A stretch of 64,000 nucleotides of DNA from an uncultured Alphaproteobacteria bacterium (GTDB lineage: Bacteria; Pseudomonadota; Alphaproteobacteria; Rickettsiales; Midichloriaceae). How positions within the stretch are numbered: the stretch's first letter is position 1; the number at the start of each line of letters is the position of its first letter. Made by a program: the position numbers and the translations under genes. Where the stretch lies: assembly GCA_903887235.1 (NCBI GenBank), contig CAISOX010000053.1, positions 19,241 to 83,240 of the forward strand, given 5' to 3'. The notes under the pieces were generated by a model. It did no database searches, was not told the origin of the DNA, and worked only from the letters and a program-made list of their open reading frames with translations. Of this stretch, positions 59,261 through 64,000 are shown in pieces.

Positions 59261-59566
59261 ATGGCAAAAAAAAGTGTAATACAGAGAAATTTAAAAAGGA
59301 TTAGATTATTCAATAATAATCTAGAAAAAAGAATGGAGTTTAAAGAAATTCGTAATAATAAGTCAATTACTTTAGAGGAAAGGTTTGAGGCTCAAGCAAA
59401 TTTGTCTAAGTTGCCAAGGAATAGTTCAAAAGCAAGAATAAGAAACAGATGTTTGCTGAGTGGTAGAGGAAGGGGATTTTATAGAAAATTCAAGTTATCC
59501 AGAATATGGTTTAGGAAATTAGCATCAGAGTGTAAGTTGCCTGGTGTAATTAAGGCTAGTTGGTAA
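59261..59566 (+). CDS. rpsN: 30S ribosomal protein S14 (long, non-zinc form)
   Basis: PRNSS..RIRNRC..SGR.RG...GVIKASW. Confidence 0.97.
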   Translation: MAKKSVIQRNLKRIRLFNNNLEKRMEFKEIRNNKSITLEERFEAQANLSKLPRNSSKARIRNRCLLSGRGRGFYRKFKLSRIWFRKLASECKLPGVIKASW

Positions 59567-59586
59567 TAATAAAGGAAATATAAAAT

Positions 59587-59991
59587 ATGTCACAAACACA
59601 TTTACTTTCAGATACAATAGCGAGAATTAAAAATGCTCAGTCAGTTAAAAAACAGTATACAGTCGTATATTGTTCTAAAAAAATTGAGCAAGTTTTGGAT
59701 GTATTGCTTAAAGCTGGCTACATTTCAAATGTTGAAAAATACGAGGTAAGAAAAAATGTGCATATGATTAAGGTGGGGCTTAAATATGAAGGTAAGTTGA
59801 GCTGCCCTGTAATCAAGGAGTTTAATGTGGTGTCGAAGCCTGGCAGAAAGGTATTTAAATCATATAAAGATGTAAATAAAATGTATGGTGGATTAGGCAT
59901 GACAGTATTGTCAACTTCTAGAGGTATAATAAATGACAATGAGGCCAGGGATATTAAAGCTGGTGGTGAAATTTTGTGTAATATTTTTTAA
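59587..59991 (+). CDS. rpsH: 30S ribosomal protein S8
   Basis: DTIARIKNA, SKPGRK and STSRG...GGEILC. Confidence 0.97.
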   Translation: MSQTHLLSDTIARIKNAQSVKKQYTVVYCSKKIEQVLDVLLKAGYISNVEKYEVRKNVHMIKVGLKYEGKLSCPVIKEFNVVSKPGRKVFKSYKDVNKMYGGLGMTVLSTSRGIINDNEARDIKAGGEILCNIF

Positions 59992-59999
59992 AATAAATT

Positions 60000-60530
60000 A
60001 TGTCAAAAATAGGAAAACAGCAGATCAAAATACCAGGTCAAGTCAAAATCAATTTTGAAGACGATTTCCTAGTTGTAAAAGGTCCCAAGGGTGAATTGAG
60101 CATGAATGTGTTTGATTCGATTAATTTAAAATTAAATGAGGATAGTATTGTACTGTCTCCAAAGACAATTACTAAAAAAGTTAAATCACTGTGGGGGTTG
60201 ACACGTTCATTGATAAATAACATGGTTATAGGTGTCACCGATGGATTTGTAAAAAAATTAGAAATTAATGGAGTAGGTTATAAAGTTAATATGGATGGTG
60301 ATTTATTAATATTAGCTTTAGGATATAGTCATGATATTGTTTATCCCATCCCTGAAGGTGTTAGTGTTAAATGTACAAAGAACACGATTGAGGTAATTGG
60401 GTGTGATAAACAACTTGTTGGACAAGTTAGTGCAGACATTAGGAGTTTAAGAAAACCTGAGCCTTATAAAGGTAAAGGGATTAAGTATGAGAATGAAGTG
60501 ATTGTAAGAAAAGAAGGTAAGAAAAAATAA
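60000..60530 (+). CDS. rplF: 50S ribosomal protein L6
   Basis: MSKIGK, GPKGEL and RKPEPYKGKGI. Confidence 0.98.
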   Translation: MSKIGKQQIKIPGQVKINFEDDFLVVKGPKGELSMNVFDSINLKLNEDSIVLSPKTITKKVKSLWGLTRSLINNMVIGVTDGFVKKLEINGVGYKVNMDGDLLILALGYSHDIVYPIPEGVSVKCTKNTIEVIGCDKQLVGQVSADIRSLRKPEPYKGKGIKYENEVIVRKEGKKK

Positions 60531-60546
60531 TTTGGTATTTTAAAAA

Positions 60547-60906
60547 ATGTTAAGCAAAAAGTTAAAGCATATTAGAAGAAAAGAGAGAACAAGATTTAAA
60601 CTTAAAAGTGGTAATTTGGATAGGTTGAGATTGTGTTTTTATACTTCAAATAAGTATATTTATGGTCAAGTTATTGATGAAAGTAAAAGAATAACGATTA
60701 CTTCTTTAGCTACGTACGATAAGGATTTTAAAGATTTTAAAAATAAAAATAATATTAAAGCTGCTGAACTACTTGGTGAAAAATTTGCTAAAATACTGCT
60801 AGATAGAAAAATTAAAGATGTATATTTTGATAGAGGTAGGCTTAAGTATCATGGTAAAGCAAAGGCTTTTGCTGATAGTGCAAGGAAAAATGGGTTAAAT
60901 TTTTAA
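60547..60906 (+). CDS. rplR: 50S ribosomal protein L18
   Basis: FDRG..KYHGK.KAFADSARKNGL.F. Confidence 0.96.
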   Translation: MLSKKLKHIRRKERTRFKLKSGNLDRLRLCFYTSNKYIYGQVIDESKRITITSLATYDKDFKDFKNKNNIKAAELLGEKFAKILLDRKIKDVYFDRGRLKYHGKAKAFADSARKNGLNF

Positions 60907-61433
60907 TGGCTGACAAAATGGTGAATAATAATAGTAATACAGAAATCGTAGAAAAATTAGTTAAAGTAAATAGATGTACTTCTGTTACTAAAGGGGGTAG
61001 AAAATTTAGTTTTTCGGTTATTGTAGTAGTTGGAGATAAAAAAGGAAAGGTAGGATATGGTTTAGGAAAGGCTACTGAAGTAATGGATGCTAAAGCAAAG
61101 GCATTGGGAGAAGCAAGAAAAAACATGTTCAGAATCCCACTGAGAGAAGGAAGGACTTTGCATCATGATACTATTGGTAAATATTGTTCTGGGAAGGTAA
61201 TAATGAGAGCTGCTCCAGCTGGTACTGGTATTATAGCAGGAGGACCAACAAGGCCATTATTTGAAGTATTAGGTATTAAGGATATTGTGGCTAAATCAGT
61301 TGGTTCAAATAATCCTCATAATATTGTTAAAGCGGTTATTATGGGACTTAGAAATACTAGTACGCCTAAAATGATTGCAGATAAAAGAGGAAAAAAGATA
61401 GTTGAAATTGCTAGTCAACGAGAAAAAACTTAA
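60906..61433 (+). CDS. rpsE: 30S ribosomal protein S5
   Basis: TKGGRKFSF and APAGTGIIAGG. Confidence 0.98.
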   Translation: MADKMVNNNSNTEIVEKLVKVNRCTSVTKGGRKFSFSVIVVVGDKKGKVGYGLGKATEVMDAKAKALGEARKNMFRIPLREGRTLHHDTIGKYCSGKVIMRAAPAGTGIIAGGPTRPLFEVLGIKDIVAKSVGSNNPHNIVKAVIMGLRNTSTPKMIADKRGKKIVEIASQREKT

Positions 61434-61448
61434 AGATGGTATAATGTT

Positions 61449-61895
61449 ATGTTGAATCAGTTAAAAGGAAATATAGGAGCGAGAAAAAAAAGGAAATGTC
61501 TGGGAAGAGGAATAGCCTCTGGAAAAGGTAAAACATGTGGTAGAGGTGGGAAAGGGCAAACTGCGAGAAGTGGTGTTGCTTTAAATGGATTTGAGGGAGG
61601 TCAAATGCCCTTATATAGGAGATTGCCTAAAAGAGGATTTAACCCTATTAATAGACAGGTATATAAAATTATTAATTTATATCAGATAAATTATTTAATT
61701 AAAAACCAAAAGCTTACTCAAGATATTAAATTAGAAGATATAGAAAAATTAGGTTTATTTAATTCTAAAAAAGAAAAATTAAAGTTACTTGGAAAAGGAG
61801 TATTTGAACAAAAATTTAATATAGAAGTGAACAATGCTTCTAAAAAGTTGATTGAATATGCTTCAAAAAATGGGTCAGCTATCACATTAGTATAA
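61449..61895 (+). CDS. rplO: 50S ribosomal protein L15
   Basis: [15 protein letters not shown] and [17 protein letters not shown]. Confidence 0.98.
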   Translation: MLNQLKGNIGARKKRKCLGRGIASGKGKTCGRGGKGQTARSGVALNGFEGGQMPLYRRLPKRGFNPINRQVYKIINLYQINYLIKNQKLTQDIKLEDIEKLGLFNSKKEKLKLLGKGVFEQKFNIEVNNASKKLIEYASKNGSAITLV

Positions 61896-61911
61896 GTCAA
61901 AGATAATAAAA

Positions 61912-63243
61912 ATGAAAAATCAGCAGAGCCAAAATTTTGGTAATCCTATAATGGGTGGCGGAGAGTTAGGCAAAAAGATTTTTTTTGTGATATTGATTTT
62001 AATTATTTATAGATTTGGAACTTACATACCCCTTCCTGGGGTTAATTTAATGATTTTAGACAGTATTGTCAAAGAGCAGGCTAAAGGAATTTTAGGAATG
62101 TTTAACGTACTAACAGGTGGTGCGCTTGGCAGGATGTCTATATTTACCTTAAACATTATGCCATACATAACTGCTTCAATAATTATGCAATTGATGACGG
62201 TATTATCTAAAGAATTTAGTGAGCTTAGAAAATCTGGTGAAGCTGGTAGACAGAAAATAAATCAATATTCAAAATATTTATCCGTTATCCTAGCTTTATT
62301 TCAAGGGTATGGTATAGCGATTGGGATTGAATCGCTTAATCATAATGGTATTGCGTTAATAAGTGATCCTGGAATTTATTTTAGAATTGTTACAATGTTT
62401 AGCCTCATGGGAGGAACAATAGTTGTCGTTTGGTTTGCGGATCAAATAAATACAAAAGGAATTGGAAATGGAAGTTCCGTTATAATTTTTGCAGGTATAG
62501 TTTCAGGTTTATTACCTTCAGTATTTTCACTACTAGAGATGGGAAAAAATAATATTGTCTCAACTCCATTTTTATTATTATGCTTTGCAGTTGTTGTATT
62601 TATGATTGTTTTTGTGGTGTTCATGGAGAAGGCTCAAAGAAAACTAGTAGTACAATATCCTAGAAAGCAAATTGGAAAGAAAATATATGCTGGAGACTCA
62701 ACACATTTACCAATGAAAGTTAATGTGTCTGGAGTAATACCACCGATATTTGCCAATGCGCTATTATTATTTCCTGCCACAATAGCTGGTTTTAATGTGG
62801 GTGCAGAAACCAATGGATGGCGCAAATTTGTTGAAAGTTATTTATCTCAGGGGAAGCCGTTATATGTTGCGCTATACATACTTTTTATAATATTTTTCTG
62901 CTTTTTTTACAGTACAATTGTGTTTAATCCAGAGGAAACTGCTGAAAATTTAAGGAAAAGTGGCGCAATTATTATTGGTAGAAGGCCTGGAAACCAAACT
63001 AAAGATTATTTACAATATATTTTAACAAGAATTACTGTGATTGGAGCTTTGTATATAGCAATAATTTGTGCAGTACCAGAAGTTTTAACATATCAATTTA
63101 GTATGCCTTTCTATTTAGGTGGTACGAGTATTTTAATAGTTATCAGCGTAGTGTTAGATTTGAGCTCGCAAATTCAATCGCATTTATTAAGTAGTAAATA
63201 TGTAAACTTGATGAAAAAGACTAATATGATGAGGCGCAGGTAA
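61912..63243 (+). CDS. secY: Preprotein translocase subunit SecY
   Basis: IMPYITASIIMQL, GIGNGSS, GVIPPIFA and GGTSILI. Confidence 0.98.
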   Translation: MKNQQSQNFGNPIMGGGELGKKIFFVILILIIYRFGTYIPLPGVNLMILDSIVKEQAKGILGMFNVLTGGALGRMSIFTLNIMPYITASIIMQLMTVLSKEFSELRKSGEAGRQKINQYSKYLSVILALFQGYGIAIGIESLNHNGIALISDPGIYFRIVTMFSLMGGTIVVVWFADQINTKGIGNGSSVIIFAGIVSGLLPSVFSLLEMGKNNIVSTPFLLLCFAVVVFMIVFVVFMEKAQRKLVVQYPRKQIGKKIYAGDSTHLPMKVNVSGVIPPIFANALLLFPATIAGFNVGAETNGWRKFVESYLSQGKPLYVALYILFIIFFCFFYSTIVFNPEETAENLRKSGAIIIGRRPGNQTKDYLQYILTRITVIGALYIAIICAVPEVLTYQFSMPFYLGGTSILIVISVVLDLSSQIQSHLLSSKYVNLMKKTNMMRRR

Positions 63244-63902
63244 TGATAATAGTTTTATTGGGTGCCCCTGGTGTTGGTAAAGGTACTCAGGCAAAATTAT
63301 TAGCGGATAGATATCATTTAAAAATATTATCTACAGGGGAGATTTTAAGAAGAGCTATCAAAGAAAAAACAAGTTTGGGGATAAAAGTAGAGGCAATTAT
63401 TGATCAAGGTGATTTAGTTTCTGATGATATAGTTTGTAGTTTAGTGGAAGACGAGCTAAAGGTGAACAACAAAAATTTTAGTGGATTTATTTTAGATGGA
63501 TTCCCTAGAACAATTGTGCAAGCAAAGAAGCTTGATTTAATTTGTGTTAAAAATAATTTAACTCAGCCTTATATTGTAAGCTTAAATTTATCTGAAAACG
63601 AAATATTAAAAAGGTTATCAGCTAGGGTATATTGTTCAAATTGCAATCAAAGTTATAACTCTGTTACCAATCCTACTAAAGTAAAAGGTAGGTGCGATAA
63701 TTGTCTTGGTCAAAATTTTTATATTAGAAATGATGACAAAATTGAGGTGATAAAGTTAAGATTAGATGCATATTTGAATCAAACGAAACCTCTAATTCAG
63801 TACTACAAAAAGTGCAAAAATTATTTTTCCATTGAAGCCAAGCAGAGCATCAGTACTATACATGATAAAATAGCTTCTTTCATTGATCAATCAATAGTGT
63901 GA
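63243..63902 (+). CDS. adk: Adenylate kinase (long LID with Cys4)
   Basis: GAPGVGKGTQA, LDGFPRT and CSNC...CDNC. Confidence 0.97.
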   Translation: MIIVLLGAPGVGKGTQAKLLADRYHLKILSTGEILRRAIKEKTSLGIKVEAIIDQGDLVSDDIVCSLVEDELKVNNKNFSGFILDGFPRTIVQAKKLDLICVKNNLTQPYIVSLNLSENEILKRLSARVYCSNCNQSYNSVTNPTKVKGRCDNCLGQNFYIRNDDKIEVIKLRLDAYLNQTKPLIQYYKKCKNYFSIEAKQSISTIHDKIASFIDQSIV

Positions 63903-63915
63903 ATTTGCTAAATAA

Positions 63916-63998
63916 ATGTCAGACAAGTTGAAGTGATCCAAAGTCGTCAGACCAAAATCGACTCAAAAAGAGAGACATGACGGTGCCGATTAGCCTAA
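63916..63998. repeat. Possible diverged, inverted member of the palindromic element family
   Basis: Minus strand ATCGGCACCGTCAT...ATCACTTCAACTTGTC versus element ATTGACATCGTCAT...ATCACTTCTTGTC; the middle differs. Confidence 0.35.
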
Positions 63999-64000
63999 TA

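Noticed and set aside
787-62825. Remaining 60-130 aa ORFs overlapping established genes on the opposite strand or in another frame
   Set aside because: No RBS, no family motifs and entirely nested in well-supported CDSs; expected statistical shadows.

Overview
AT-rich (about 30% GC by eye) chromosomal segment of an alphaproteobacterial endosymbiont, most likely Rickettsiales. Flagellar genes together with waaA, ALA synthase, ribH, folK, NtrX and MipZ suggest a Midichloriaceae-like lineage; this is inference, not a database match. The window is mostly housekeeping: murC, bamD, sdhB, hisS, a type I secretion ABC/adaptor pair, ribH-nusB, tig-clpP-clpX, pheT, uvrB, recG and a continuous str-S10-spc ribosomal superoperon (48.9-63.9 kb) that lacks rpmD. 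It holds four tRNAs, a candidate 6S RNA and two separated flagellar loci (fliF-fliG-fliH-fliN; an oversized fliD with a FliS-like partner). The most unusual items are: (1) an ABC exporter gene bracketed by a 117-bp direct repeat of the fdxA 3' end, resembling an integrase-free cassette; (2) a ~105-bp dispersed palindromic element with two close copies and possibly a third diverged one; (3) an 11-bp-periodic TTAAC (CtrA-like) array upstream of an orphan membrane-hairpin protein; (4) several orphan amphipathic or coiled-coil proteins, one missed by the ORF track at the left edge; (5) a sharply bounded purine-biased codon tract in tuf. I saw no CRISPR array, transposase or integrase.
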